A stretch of DNA of 62,311 nucleotides, filler included, from Sphacelaria rigidula (lineage: Eukaryota), in NCBI GenBank assembly GCA_964200075.2. It is 4 parts of 4 records of this genome, joined end to end, with 100 filler letters (N's around TTAATTAATTAA, not from the genome) between each part and the next. Parts side by side here need not be neighbours in the genome. Positions count along the whole stretch, not along the records: positions 31,213 to 46,713 come from CAXNAA020001722.1; positions 46,814 to 62,311 come from CAXNAA020001723.1; 2 more parts are not named here. One strand, written 5' to 3'. A program made the position numbers and the translations under genes. Shown here in pieces: positions 37,137-53,509 of the stretch (position 1 is its first letter; the number at the start of each line of letters is the position of its first letter). The notes under the pieces were generated by a model, which was given only the letters and a program-made list of their open reading frames with translations, ran no database searches and was not told the DNA's origin.

Positions 37137-37724
37137 GCACAGGACCCATACACGAGGACGATTTTGTAATGAAGTAAATCATTTGCGGGAAGCGCGAGTA
37201 TGGCCGAGCGTTCAAGATCGACACCCGGCAAACACTGAGGACCCGTTGAAAATCAGGCGAAGAATTGAAACATGGGACATGTCCTGTTTCACTGCACTGC
37301 AGCACAAACGCACTCACGTCCTCTCTCATGTGGTGCAGCTATCACTGTCCTGTGGTGTGTCCAGAACTTGCGAAGACGGTTTGGTCTCCGCTGAGATTGC
37401 CTGAACTGCTGTATTGTTGTGTTCGTCCCTCGGCAAAATATAGTATCAGTCGGGACGCAGTTCTGTCTACACACTGACTGTTGAAATACTCATGGTGTGT
37501 TGACGGTTTCGTCTTCCGTAAAACGAACAAGGTACTGACCAGACCCATCATTTTTGCGCTACCGAACATAGCTGGGTAAAGACGCACAACCAGCGCCGGT
37601 ATACACTGCTCTATCCGTCCCGGCGCGACTGTTCACTCATGTACTGTAGTACGTACACTACAGGTTTGAGTGTGTGCGAGCCAATCACGAGCATTCTTCA
37701 CTACATAATTCTCTACGAAGGTCA
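37137..37724. repeat. Dispersed repeat, copy 2 (see 30070-30922) with internal deletion
   Basis: Collinear similarity; lacks the ~30545-30815 equivalent. Confidence 0.85.
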
Positions 37725-37815
37725 CGCTTCATTGGCGCTACATTCCGCCGATTTCTCACTTATGAACCTCTGATTCGATTTCACATTTCACCACGTACAA
37801 AAATCTACCCTCATG

Positions 37816-38858
37816 CAGGGGCGTCCAGAAAAAAAAATCCTGGACCCACACTCACATTTTTGCACTTGGGGCCGGATGGGTAGTGGGTGGGTGGGGGGGG
37901 TATTGCCGTTTCTATTCTAAATCCTATACGATAACAACTCAATGACAAGTTACTTGGCTTTAGACAGGAACCTAGTCAGTGACTGACTGTGTTAACCGGG
38001 CATAAGAGTCACTTAATTAATCAGTTGCAGAGCACAGAGCCAAGCAGAAGCAGCGTTACAGCTAATAAACAGCTGTCTGCGCTGTGTAGGTGAACATAAA
38101 CTGCCTGGCCCATTGCCTGATCTGCAATCTACTCATGAAACCTGGAAGACAATAGACAACGTAACCGAGGCTGAAGTGAGTCTGGTGACTGGAGCTCAGC
38201 AGTACCCGAACACCCGAACCAACTTGCAACGAAAAATGCGGCGAGATTGAGCGAGACCGGAAAATTTGAAACCGTCGAAAAAGCAATTGAATCAGAAGTG
38301 CGCGGCGTCGTGCTTTTGTCAAGAACGCGAGGCCTTGTACTTGTAACCTATTTGTGCGCCTTGCCTTCGTTCACAACAAGTTCTCTCAAGTTGGCACGCA
38401 CAAATTTGCGCAGAGTTCGTTCTGCACCTCGAGCTCTGTAACGGACTCAGAAGTGTCCAACTCATCTTTGCACTCATCCAAATCATCGTACTCTCCAACA
38501 CTTCGTTTTGTTTGCCATCGAACGTGTGCCCTCCAGCCTTTTTAACCCTATTGCCACCATTGCCACTATTGCCAACAATTTGCAGATAGATCGCATCAAC
38601 TAATCTCCCAACACACCTCCAAAACTGCCAACACTGCTCATCCCACCGAGTATTTTCATGAAACACACAAACAGCACACGTATACGGCTCGTGCGCATTG
38701 TTTCGACCACGTCTTGCTGAGCAAATGACTCCCTAAAGCCTGAAAAATAAGTGTCTAGGTTGACAAAGTTTGAGGAAAAAAAAAGAAAAGAAATCAGGAT
38801 GTGTTGGGGCGGGGGGGGGGGGGGGGGGGTCTACGATTTTTTTTTCTGGACGCCCCTG
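37816..38858. mobile_element. Non-autonomous TIR element (hAT/P-like), TIR CAGGGGCGTCCAGAAAAAAAAATC
   Basis: Matching terminal inverted repeats; flanking direct repeat cctcatg (37809-37815, 38859-38865). Confidence 0.85.
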
Positions 38859-39446
38859 CCTCATGTATGGGATCTGTGCCTTTCAAGCCTGTTGCCCGAC
38901 CTAGATATTTGCTGGAAAGTCGTGTTTGATCTGGGAAGTATTTGCTGACAATCAGGGAATATGTACACCCCCCCCCCCGTCAAGCGGTGCTTTGTCTCGG
39001 AAGGGATGCGTGATCAATGGTCAAACGACCGAGGCAAGCAACAAACGAGTACGCAGCCCGCCGTCAAAAACATTAAAACGTGCTGACTGTCAGGTGGTGA
39101 AATTGTTCCGAAACGATACTGATAGATCTGTAGGGGTGGAAGTAGGGATTCTGGCCGAACGAAGTCCAAGATCACCGGTGCGACTGTTGACGACGAAAAC
39201 AGTTCGAGATGTGGTCAAAGATGGCTATAAAGCAGTACTAAGTGAACTCATGTATTTCAATGTGCAGCTGTGGCTTGTACAAAAGTGTTTTCAGGCGATC
39301 ACGAGGTGCGGTGGAATACGACGCTGAAAAAAATGCGAACACTGTGTACGGCACTGACTGTACCGTGGCCGCAAAAACAACGTAGAATCACAAGCGCCGA
39401 CACGAACACTCAAGTCCTCAACAGGATAGAAGCCACACTGTTCTAC

Positions 39447-39714
39447 CTGGCGAAGCTCCCGCTGCGATGAGTACACCTCGACTGTTGGCGGAACGCTCGC
39501 GCGAGTAAAAAAAAAACGGCATCAAATACGTATGAGACCGGAGTATGGACAGTCTGTGTGTAGTACTCGACAAAACGATGCACTTACAGCCCTTCTTGAC
39601 CGCTGTCTTCCCCTTGTTGACCGTTCTTCGAGATGCCGCCACAGCCTTTCCTTTCCCTCCCTTTCCCTTTACCTTTATTGCCCCTGCACTCTTCTTAAAA
39701 CTTCCCTGTGCCAT
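39447..39714 (-). CDS. Small basic protein, DUF2462/UPF0390 (Leydig-cell-tumour 10 kDa-like) candidate. Exon 1 39714-39588, exon 2 39481-39447, later exons not located
   Basis: MAQGSFKKSAGAIKVKGKGGKGKAVAASRRTVNKGKTAVKKG, donor gtaagt, acceptor ccaacag, in-phase FEVYSSQRELRQ, donor gtagaa. The family call rests on the MAQG start and Lys-rich composition. Confidence 0.65.
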
Positions 39715-40055
39715 GATATCTTCTGTCCACTAAACCTCGTCCCCCGCCCCAAATGTCTTAGACCCTCCTATCTGTGTGTGATACAACAGTACAATACACT
39801 GGCGGGACTGTCGGCTAAGCACAAGAAATGAAAAGGTACACCCTTTCCCATTACAGTGATGACTGATCAATAGAAGAAGGGGATAGAAAGGCGGAGACAG
39901 TCGAGAGTACAGTACCCGGTACAGACAAACAGTGTAATATCGTTTGTACTGAGTGTGCCGTATATCTGCTTGTACTCTGTCGTTGTGTTGTGGGTTGATG
40001 CTTGACGGGGCCAGAACCTTGAGACAGGACCTGTGGTACCCCCTTTTCATACCAC
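39715..40055. promoter_or_regulatory. Putative bidirectional promoter
   Basis: 341 bp between two divergent ATGs. Confidence 0.5.
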
Positions 40056-40352
40056 ATGCGGGACAGCGACGCTCGTGTTATGGCAGACCCAAGGAGCAGT
40101 GCTCCTGACAATGGAAGTTCGCTCGAGATAAGTAGAAACCCAATAAGCGAGCGCCCCCCCTCAGCGGTGGAAAATGCCTTGGGTGTGCGGGGATCAGGAC
40201 GCTACGAAGCGGATATTTGCGATATTGATGATATCGATGATGGACAGCCGAGATACGCTAGCGGAACATCCTCTGCCATGGGCGCCGTTGCTAACTTCAT
40301 GAATTCGATTGTCGGGGCTGGAATCGTTGGCCTACCCTATGCGTTGGCACAG
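40056..40352 (+). CDS. First coding exon of an amino-acid transporter (AAAP/SLC38 family, SLC38A11-like)
   Basis: SSAMGAVANFMNSIVGAGIVGLPYALAQ is the TM1 signature; donor CAG|gtgtgt. Confidence 0.9.
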
Positions 40353-41391
40353 GTGTGTGTGGCTGTGTAGTGTCTTTATTCGGCCTTACTGCTTCCGAAA
40401 CGCTGTTGATACTTGTTACAACTGTTATGTTACTGCAGGGTCAACAGTCAACAGTGAGGGAAATATCTGCGAACAGTAATTTGAGCTTGCCTTGTTCAAC
40501 TTCGCGTATGTTCCAGGCGCCCCCGGTTGTAGGCCGTCGATGGGGCAGAGAGGCATCATGAGCGCGCTAATTGATTGCAGCGGCTGTTTTTGTAATTACT
40601 GCGTTTTCCACTCGCAGCTCGTGCTTGTGTCGGATTTCTCCGTGAGTCGAGTGCCGCATCATGTCCCCACAAGGGGGCGTGTTCCGAAATTTCTCCGCGA
40701 GGCAACTGACCAACACAGCACAGAACAGACAACACAGCCAGTGTGCCACTCCCATCAGTGGGTTCACGTTAGTAAAGCAGCGACGTGTGCTTGGCATGCT
40801 TGGTGTATAGCAAGCATGCTTCACGTGTTCAAATTGTCCATCGCGTCTGCTGCCTGCCGGTCACAAGGGCCCGAACGGGTGCGGATGGGCATGTCTGCCG
40901 GAAAACGTGGAAAAGATTCCGCCTCTGAGAAAACAAGAGTACGTAGAAGTGCGTACAACAGTCGGACTATGTTGCGCCGACCCCACACGGCGAGATAGGG
41001 TCGAACTAATTTTGGTTAACGCCGTCCTGTCATCGCCAAGCTTTGCTTTCTTACGAGGAATGTGATTGTTGGAATATGTGTGTTTGAATGTTGTATATCG
41101 GTACAATTTATAAATATAATAATTGTCCCGGCAGTTCGGCGCAGCCGTTATGCCAATCAATGTTATCCTCCAAGCGCGTTGAATTACTGTAAAGTCCAAC
41201 GGCGGTTTAAATAACGGTAGTCTCCATGCCACAACAGTAGTACTGCTCATGCTACTGCTGCTGCTTTTGCCGCTAGCTGGTAATGTTTTGCCTGTACATG
41301 TGTGCGTGTAAGCGATGCCGCTGTAGGTGTGCGTGCCGTACTATGTGCTTGGCGTGCCCGTGCGCCGTGTGTCGGCTTTCTTGTTCGCGTG

Positions 41392-41743
41392 CACACGCGG
41401 CCATTTGGTTACCCCCAAAATTCCTCCAGGTCGGTCAACTTTTTGAACCTCCAGAGGAATTGAATGCCTTCGGAAGGGTGCGCGGCCCTCCAGAGGATTT
41501 TTTTGGTTTCCTCCAGAGGGATTAAACGCCTCCGGAGGCTTGTTTTTGCCTCAGGAGGACCGCGCATCTTTCCAAAGGCAATTCGCCCCCCCCAAATTCC
41601 TCCGGAAGGGTGCGCGGCCCTCGAGGTCGGTAGTGATTGGTTTCCTCTAAAGGGATTGAAGACCTCCGCAGACTTGTTTTGCCTCTGGAGGGCCGCGCAT
41701 CCCTCCGGAGGCATTTTGGGGGGTAGTCAAATGGCCGCGTGTG
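41392..41743. mobile_element. CACAC-terminated MITE with internal CCTCC(A/G)GAGG repeats (CMC/EnSpm-like)
   Basis: TIR cacacgcggccatttg..tacccccaaaat at both ends; 2-bp TG flanks. Confidence 0.8.
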
Positions 41744-42845
41744 TGTGGTTCAAAACTGGTGTCGATTGGACCGGCGGGTCTGTGCACAAACGCCACAGCG
41801 ATATACCGACCTTTTTATAGGCCGTTTCTCATCGAAAACGATTCAATCGTTTTTCTCGAGACCTGTTTTGCAAGGCAGATCTCGTGCCCAAGACGATCAG
41901 TTCGAGTCTTGTCGAGGACACTTTTTTTTGTCCAGATTCGATCTTTGTCTAGGTTCAAGAATGCGGTGGCTTTGCCTTTGGTCGTTGATTCAACGTCTCT
42001 GTGCTGTTGAGGCTAGTTTACCACTGGGGAGGGTGATAAATTTCTCGGAAATTTCTGATTTCGAACAAACTATAATACTAACCCCAACGAAGGAACACCG
42101 AGAACCCTCGGGGAAGAGGGTGCAGGGTGTCCCCGGGGCGAAGTGTGCGTTGCCAGACCTCAAATTGGCGCCCCAGGCGCGGATTTCGACAAGAACGCGT
42201 TCTACGCACGCTAGGAGCACAGCCCATTGAAAGATCCGGATTTCGGTGTCGACACTGAAATTAAGTCGAACTGAAAATCAACGATAGCACCCTCCCAAAC
42301 AGTCAATACTGGTGGTGTTTCCAAAAAGGAGCTCAGTTCACAGGTCCGTAGAATGACTCTCCGAACAACGCTACGAGTATTGGGAATTCATGGTTTTGAA
42401 ATAACCCTAACCCTGAACTTGACCCAAGGCACACGTAAGCCCTCGGGCAAGGGGGGTGCGAAGGTTGCTCTAGGCAAAGTGTGCGTAGGCAGACCTCAAA
42501 TCGGCGCCTTAGAGCGTGTTTCAGCACATTTTTTTTCGATCGAAAAAAAGGGGCGGTGGGATTTATATAAGCGAAATTCGCTCATTTTTATCGAGTTGGG
42601 TCCAGACGAATTTTTAAGCTTTCGATCCAAAAAAGACAACGGAATTCGTGAAACGGTACTTGGTCCCTTGTGTACAGTGCAGACAGTACAGAGTGTCTAC
42701 ACTGTTTGAATGCAGTGTCCGGGTTTGTGTTCGTGTTTCGTACAGTAGGATGTGAAAGAGAAGCGGGCAACGTGCAGTACAGACTGCGCAAGACTATCTG
42801 TTCTCTCTGCTTACGATGCGACGTGAGAAGGGCCTGTACAATGTG

Positions 42846-44100
42846 AAGCTTTCACACGTCCGACAGATGAGCTCCCTATAGCTCGAGCTAGCTCTTTTTA
42901 AGCGTAGCTCCCTAGTGAGCTATCGGAGCTACATGAGCTACGCATGTTTTCCCTGAGGTGAGCTATGAGAGCTGTATGAGCTACGCATGTTTACCGTACG
43001 TGAGCTACCAACCCATAGCTAATCAGCTCAGATTCGTCCTGGGTGAGCTATGGGAGCTGTATGAGCTACGCATGTTTCCCCTGGACGAGCTACCAACCCA
43101 TAGCTCATCAGCTCAGATTCGTCCTGGGTGAGTTATGAGAGCTGCATGAGCCACGCATGTTTCCCCTGGATAAGCTACCAACTTGTAGCTCATCAGCTCA
43201 TATTCGCCCTGGGTGAGCTATGAGAGCTGTGAAAGCTACGATTGCTTATTCCTTTGATCGCGAGGGCCGGAGGTCTCTGAACCGGCATCATTCACACCCG
43301 AAAAATCAAGTGAACTATGCTGACTTATCAGATCGCCAACCCTCGCGGTTAAAGGTCTACCCCCTTGACGGCGAGCATGAGTAATCTGTTGAATCGGCTC
43401 CAATTTCACTTGAAAAACGTATGCATGACCAGATGGACTCGTACCCTCGCGGCCAACCGATCAAAAGAAATGAATCGGTCGATGATTGTAGACACTGAAT
43501 ATTAATACTTTTTCCAACCATCCGATCAAGCGAACGAGGATATGTGTTGGCTTATTTTCTTCCCATCGCGAAGAGTGAGGCAAAACATCACAACCTCATG
43601 ATGTGTGGCGTTATCCGTTCGAACAAGAATATTACATAATAAGCGGCACGGGGTTGCGGCGAGCTAGGCATATGACGTGAGTGAGCCACGACCATGTGTC
43701 CCTGGGGTGAACTACCGGACGTAGCTCATCCGCTCATGTTCTCCCCGGGTGAGCTACAAGAGCTGCGTGAGCTACGCATGTTTGCCTTGGGTGAGCTATC
43801 GAGCGTAGCTCATCCGCATATGTTTTCTCTGGGCGATCTGTGAAAGCTACATGAGCTGCACATGTTTGCCCTGAGTGAGCTATGGGATTTGTATGAGCTA
43901 CGCACGTTTGCGATAGGTGAGCTACCGACCCGTAGCTCATCAGCTCAGATTGGTCCTGGGTGAGCTATGAGAGCTGCATGAGCTACTCATGTTTCCCCTG
44001 GATGAGCTACCAACTTGTAGCTCACATGTACGTGTTTGGCTAGAAGTGAGCTACTACCCGCAAATGAGCTAGCTCATGAGCTGTCCTACGTGTGGAGGCT
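42846..44100. repeat. TIR-bounded AGCT-rich minisatellite (~85-bp units), interrupted at ~43240-43670
   Basis: Units gggtgagctatgagagctg.atgagctacgcatgtttcccctgga.gagctaccaac...tagctcatcagctcagattcgtcct. Ends agctttcacacgtccgacag / (reverse complement) agcctccacacgtaggacag. Confidence 0.85.
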
Positions 44101-45171
44101 TTGTACTGCCTGCACTGTCCATGAGCGTGTACGCAAGCCAGTTGCCCACTTTACCACGCTGTTCCGTCGCGGATCCCCACCATGAAAGATGCTCAAGCCT
44201 TCGCCAACAAAAAACAATGAAGACATCCACAATTACTACGTTATATCTATCCCTGTCCTCACTCGCGCTCTATGCTGCAGGGTTGTGGTATCTGGCGTGG
44301 TGGTCTGTAAGAAAGGAGTCAAGTGCCGCTTTGTGCCTTTCGACCGCATGTTTTCGACAAAAAAAAAACACTTAGCTTTATTGTTTTTAATTTCTTATCC
44401 GTGCGCCACTAATTATGAAAACGAGTTGAAGCCTTCTAGGAACAGAAATGCGATCGACCCATCAGATCGAAAGAAAAAAAAATGACCACACTTATTCGAT
44501 TTAAAAACAAATGTGCTAAAAGACACGCCTTTACAACAACACGTTCTGGGCAAGCTAGGAGCACTTGGGACTGTCAGTCCTCTTTCAAGATTGAAATATC
44601 AATGTTCAAGTAATCGACCATTTTTACGACCAATGCGTAAGCTCTACTGGTTCTCTGTTTGCCTTCGGTTGGGATTAGGGATGGGGTTAGAAGGCACCAA
44701 CCGCTCCTAATGTGTTAGAGGTGTCTCGATTAGGAGGAGGAGCGGTGCTCCGTCTCGAAAGGGATACGTCGTCAATGGTCAATTGACTACGGCAAGCAGA
44801 AAGTGAGTCCCCCCCTCCCCCTCGCCCCCCAAATCTGGGCGTGGGTAACGGCCTGCAGTGCGCAGAGGCCCTTGTGTGTTGCTGGTCATGGCCCATGCAC
44901 GAATAAATACGACGGATGGCATTTGCGTGGCAGCAACTTTTCTCTATGTAGCCATCGTGTTTCTGCTAAAAACACCTGGTTCTGAGCCCTCTAATTTCCG
45001 TCTGTGTAGTGCCCAACCAAGGGTCCGGGCGATGAACGAACGCGTTAATACTTGTTGAGTATGGACGCATGGACGTTTTTTGTTTGTTTGAATGAGGTGC
45101 CAAACAATTTGTCCTTTCGATCTTTTGCGCTTGACGAAAACGACCAGACGGACGTATCGTGGCAAGAGTAA

Positions 45172-45367
45172 TGACGAGATAGCCCCCCCTCAAAAAGTGC
45201 GCCGGAGACCGTCCGACAAACCGGCTGCGATCTCACTATTAGGCTCGTTTGCAGCAATTTCGCCCACATGAGTCACGTCGTGAAGCACGAAACCAGCTCT
45301 AACGGCATCTGTGATCATCGCCTCCGTGCACCTTTTTGGCCGGTTCGGGAGGGGGGCTATCTCGGCA
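45172..45367. mobile_element. Short MITE, TIR TG(A/C)CGAGATAGCCCCCC
   Basis: Inverted termini share the GATAG+C-run core with the 11599 family. Confidence 0.65.
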
Positions 45368-46713
45368 GCAGTCGCAAACTCGAAGGAACTGACGAGGTTT
45401 GCTGTCGAGACTTTCATAAACGATTGTGACGAGTTTTGGAACACGAGCGGACTCGCGCAGTTAGTTCAAGTCTGTGCCGAGAAACAGCTGCATTCAGACC
45501 AGGGAATCCTTCAAGATGTAGAGTTTTTGTTGATTTCGGTCACGTTCCGAAGGTTGTGAAAAATAGCGAGAAAAATCCGACCCAACCAAGGTCAGAAGGC
45601 TGCGTACACTGAAAATTGCCGAAGTGTGTTCGGGAGATGCGTGATGAGCAGTGACCATTTTGAAAGCCGTGATTGGTCAGAATGGTCACTCCGCGCCTCT
45701 CGGACCTCGTTCCTGGCTGATAATTATCTGTGGGAAATTTCCAAGCTCACATGCTTGACTTGGTGAACTTTTCGGCTGTTCTGCAAACAGGACCCCACCA
45801 CCCTGTCAAAAATCACCTCTCGCGCCCTGGGAACTCCGGAACGTCCCTGGACTGTCAGCCTGTAAAACTGTTCCAAGGCGATGCTTGCTGTCTGAGGGTT
45901 TACGGGACTTGTTTTTCACGCGAAATCTCGAGACAGTTTCCGACAGTTTTTACTTTTTCCCAAAAATGGGAGAGCAGGTTTTTTATCCAGGTCAAGCAAT
46001 GGATGAATTTAAGAGTGATGACAGCTTTGCTCCGAAGATTCACGTCTATTTCTTTTCTCAGCATTTTCTTTTGGGGAATATACAAAAAAGGGTGGCGCAT
46101 TTTTTGCTTTGGGGCGCGGCGCTGCACGCTGGCCGAACACCTCGAAAACATCTCATGGCTCAAGCGACGTTGTGCTCTCACAGCTCCGGGTATTCTGAGT
46201 TGTGGTCGAAGGGTGCGTGTTTTGCGATTAGAGGAAGACAGCTGATTGTACAGTCTACGGCGTTGGATTTAGGTGCTTTTGCTCCAATCCGAAATCCGGT
46301 CGGTGTCCATCTCCGTTTCCGAGTTGCAAATTGCAGATCCGGCAAAGGTCTGACGTTGCCGCCCCCGCCTGGTGCCGTACGGGCTGGTGTGCCGGCAAGA
46401 TGTTCACCCGTGTTCGTTGGATCTTCGTGAGGTCCGGCACACAAGGGACCTGTATGCATCGTTGGATCTTCCCGATCTTCGGGCCGACCAACAGGGGGCC
46501 ACACTCTTCTGGTCGTTGTGTCTCGGCCTTTTTTGGCGGGGTGTGGTTTTACCGAAAATCGCTATGGTTGTGACTGCTCGGCGTAACTTGCGCTGAGATG
46601 GCGGTACGGTTACCACTTCACAAAAACGGGTCATCACTTGACAAAAAAGGGACAACAGTATACCAAAAAAGGGTAGGTATACATTTTTAGCAGAGGGCAG
46701 GGTGTACCCTCCT

Positions 46714-46813
46714 NNNNNNNNNNNNNNNNNNNNNNNNNNNNNNNNNNNNNNNNNNNNTTAATTAATTAANNNNNNNNNNNNNNNNNNNNNNNNNNNNNNN
46801 NNNNNNNNNNNNN
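46714..46813. other. Artificial contig-joining linker
   Basis: N44-TTAATTAATTAA-N44. Confidence 0.97.
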
Positions 46814-47168
46814 TCTCCCCCCCTCTCCCCTCCCCCCCCCCCCGCGCGCGCTGTCCCCGCATCCCCGAATAGAACATCGACTTATCAATCAACTAATCGT
46901 TGTTTTGCATCCATTTGTATTTACCAGATGATGTTACCATTCTCTCTGTCTCTCTGTCTCCCTCTACTCCCTGCCCCCCGATTCCCCCGAAAAGTACCTA
47001 TTTACTTCCAAAAGGAAGTGTATCACCGAAACGGATGGACTTATCCTATCTCAAATATAATCGATCAATTTCGACAGCGAGTTAAAACCAACAGTTACAA
47101 ACGTTGATATAGGTTCATTTGTAATCGCCAAAAAATATCACCCTTCTTTTTCTCTGAACTATCGATAG

Positions 47169-50596
<3,428 letters not shown>

Positions 50597-52334
50597 AGGT
50601 CATACTCCAGCCAGCCAGGAGCATATTTAACGAGCATAATAAGAACGGGATTATTCCAATCCTTGCTATTCGGAACAGTTTCTGGGTCCTCGCTGTGTGC
50701 TTTCGGTTGCACGAGGTACTACGTATGTGTTTCGGCTCTGTCAAGTTCGCTTCGGGAGGGTAGAGCGATAGAGAAGACGTTTTCCCTTCCCTCGTGTCGC
50801 TTGCTTCGTGTCTTTCGTTTTTTCATGTTTTGTTCTTAAAGGCCCGATGATGTGTATCTGTTTGTTTGAAACCTTCTGTTTTCCTCCCTGCTCTTTGCCC
50901 GTGTTCCTGTGTCTGTTTTGAAGAGGGGTTTCGCGTGAAGAACCGCCTCCAGACCTTTTGAGTGATCACCATCTCTGTGCAGCTTGTACAGTCCGCTTAT
51001 ACCTGTAGATCGTGCTTGTTCATTGGAGTTTTGTGCTCTGTAAGTGATGAGAGCTCCGGAACGTTCGTCTCGTCTGTTGATGGGTGTGGGGATGTATGCC
51101 CCCTCACCAGAGGGAAGGAATTAAAATGTCCAACAACGAACGAGATAAGCACACAACATTGCCGAAGGGGAAATCGCCGTTTTTCGTCAGTCGAAAGTAA
51201 CTGGTGTTTTGAAAATGTGATGCGTAGTTTGTGTTTTCAGCCATGAAACCCGAGCGGAGAAATAAGATGTGCTTTTCACCTTATTTACGGGGTCTCGTCA
51301 AATCAAACAAGTGGCGCAAAAAATACTCGAGAGGGGAAATAACATGTTCGGGGGATCAGGAACGATTTTCGTTTTCGGAACGGGTTCGAAGTTGATTTGG
51401 GGCATTTGGCTACCGATCGATTTTAGGCAGGTAACTTGAAGACGTGTTTTTTTCTTTAAAAGCTTGCCAGCAGAAGAGGCAGAGATCACCATGTTCCAAC
51501 GGCGGTGGGGATTAGCGGCGATGCCAAACCGAGAGAGAAGCAGTGACTTTGTTTCTCCTTGTATCCTCCATTGAAGATCTCTGGAGACGTCTGTGTGGTG
51601 TCATCAGTCGGCATTGGGGCATGAAACACAAGGAGTAGGCTACTAGCACGACATATATGTCCTGCACAACCGCAGGTAAATGTGCCCCAACCATCCGTAC
51701 CCCACTCCACCATGCACAACAACCCGCAGAGGTTGGAATACCGAGTTCGTATCATGGAGTACGCACCCTTGAAATTCGTTAGATATTTCGCAAAAGGGCT
51801 TCGATCTGTCGATTCGATTCTTCGCGGGAGAGCTTTCATAAGGCATTCGAAACTTAATTGAAGAATTGTCACGAAGAAAGGTACTGCTTTACTGTTCTCG
51901 CACACTGTTCTCGCAATACGGACTGTAACATCATGTATTACCGCTTGGCATCATTGTCTACTGTGATGGGTGCGTGTTCTGCACCGTATTATACCCTACA
52001 GTACTACGGTTAGACAATTTTCTTGATGGATAACTCACTGTCTGCCTGTTCCTCGGCTTCAGTTTCTTCATGCGATACCACACTCCCGCAGAAGATGAGC
52101 CTCGGTGTACAGAAATAACCATTTCGACACATCTGTGAAACCATAATAAAGCCCTGCAATCCGATTTTCACAAATTTTGGTCACCCCGATTTTGCACAGA
52201 TTGGGATCTTCGCAGATTCGGGAATTGTCCCCATAATGACAGTTCTCACGGCTGGTTGACGGATTTTGGATCTGCGTTCCATCTCGTTTGTTTGAAGCTG
52301 TACTCTCTCCTTGAGAGAGGCTGGGATGCTGCTC

Positions 52335-53060
52335 TCTGATATAAAACACGGGGCTTGACAATCGGGGATGGATTTTGTAATGAGGAGGAGGAACCGTAGA
52401 ATTGAAATCTTCGTACCCACACCAAATCTTCGAAATATAGTTCCACTCCTTCACCTACTGGTAGCTGTTGACAACTACTACACACCATACGAATTTGTAT
52501 CCTAACAGCCGATATGTTGGGGTCCTAGTTCAAGAAACGACTTCGGAGTCATCCTACGATAGGGGGGGTGGTAACCGTTTTTTGCACGAAAAAAAAGGCT
52601 CATGGGTGTGTCAGATGACCTGCCACACTCGCGGCGCGTTTGTATTTGGTTAAAAATGTTATCAAACAGTATGAACGAGCGTTATACGCGTTATATATCT
52701 ATACCAAGCTCGTTGGAACAATGATTGTTGCTTTTAACAACGATTTGACTTGGAATTACGTGCAAGAAGTGGCCCGAAATACCCCACCCATCTATCGTAG
52801 GATGACTCTCCGGGGAATTGACATGATCCGATCAGATCGCCGAAATTCCCAAATGTTGGATTTTTTATCTAGGACCCCAACATTTCGGTTTTCGAAGTCC
52901 AAATTTGTATGTCGTGTAGTAGTTGTCAATAGCTACCAGCAAGTGAAGAAATAGAACCATATTTCGAAGATTTGGTGTGGGTGCGAAGATTTTAATTCTC
53001 TGGATTTCTCATCCTCGATAAAACATCCATTCCCAGTTTGGAAAATCCCGTGTTATACTC
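52335..53060. mobile_element. Fold-back element (~200-bp arms) with a MITE nested in its spacer
   Basis: cccacaccaaatcttcgaaatat...tgacaactactacac (52416-52484) is inverted at ~52914-52981. The inner arms (tgttggggtcctag) and outer arms also pair. Confidence 0.8.
52546..52808. mobile_element. Complete MITE, TIR GAGTCATCCTACGATAG, ~4-bp TSD (ttcg/tccg), Sola-like
   Basis: Perfect 17-bp TIRs with GAG...CTC termini. Confidence 0.85.
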
Positions 53061-53509
53061 CAATGCCCGTCTAAGGATTCATATGTGGAAAAACTGAATT
53101 CGAAGTCTATGCACCAATGATGGAAGGGGTTCACCACGTAGCTGTCTGGTCTTGAGTGCAGAACTCTACCTGTCGCATTCCATTGACGTAGCACGGGTTT
53201 CGTGTTCCGATTTGATTTGGAATATACCATCGCTGTTAAAAACAAACCCACACCCAGCTAGGAGAATCTCATTAAAGAACCCATCAGCCCTCTACTTGGA
53301 GAGATCCCGCTTGTTCAAGACCCCTTCACTGCGCGCGCACGTGAGTCTACGTTTGAAACAGTACTACATGGGACTTCCTGGTCCTTTGTCTTGTGTGCTA
53401 GGCGTATGTAGACGCACCCATTACAAGGTAGCTGGACGGTTGCACGTTTCAACCCCTCGCTGGTGTGCTTGTGTGGACTATCCGTGCACTCAGACACTCG
53501 ACCATTCCA

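Noticed and set aside
42401-42420. Telomeric (CCCTAA) repeats
   Set aside because: Only about two units, inside a repeat; not an array.
43020-43230. Hammerhead-like CTGATGA...GAAAC..GTA on the minus strand of the minisatellite units
   Set aside because: About 10 extra nt lie between stem II and GAAA, and stem I is out of register by one base. The motif is explained by the AGCT repeats. An Infernal search with hammerhead models would settle it.
42880-44080. CRISPR-like repeat array
   Set aside because: The units are contiguous tandem copies without unique spacers; there are no cas genes and the context is eukaryotic.
51486-51905. Possible degenerate transposase on the minus strand
   Set aside because: Only a short ambiguous resemblance (KPFCEISNEFQG), with no catalytic motifs.
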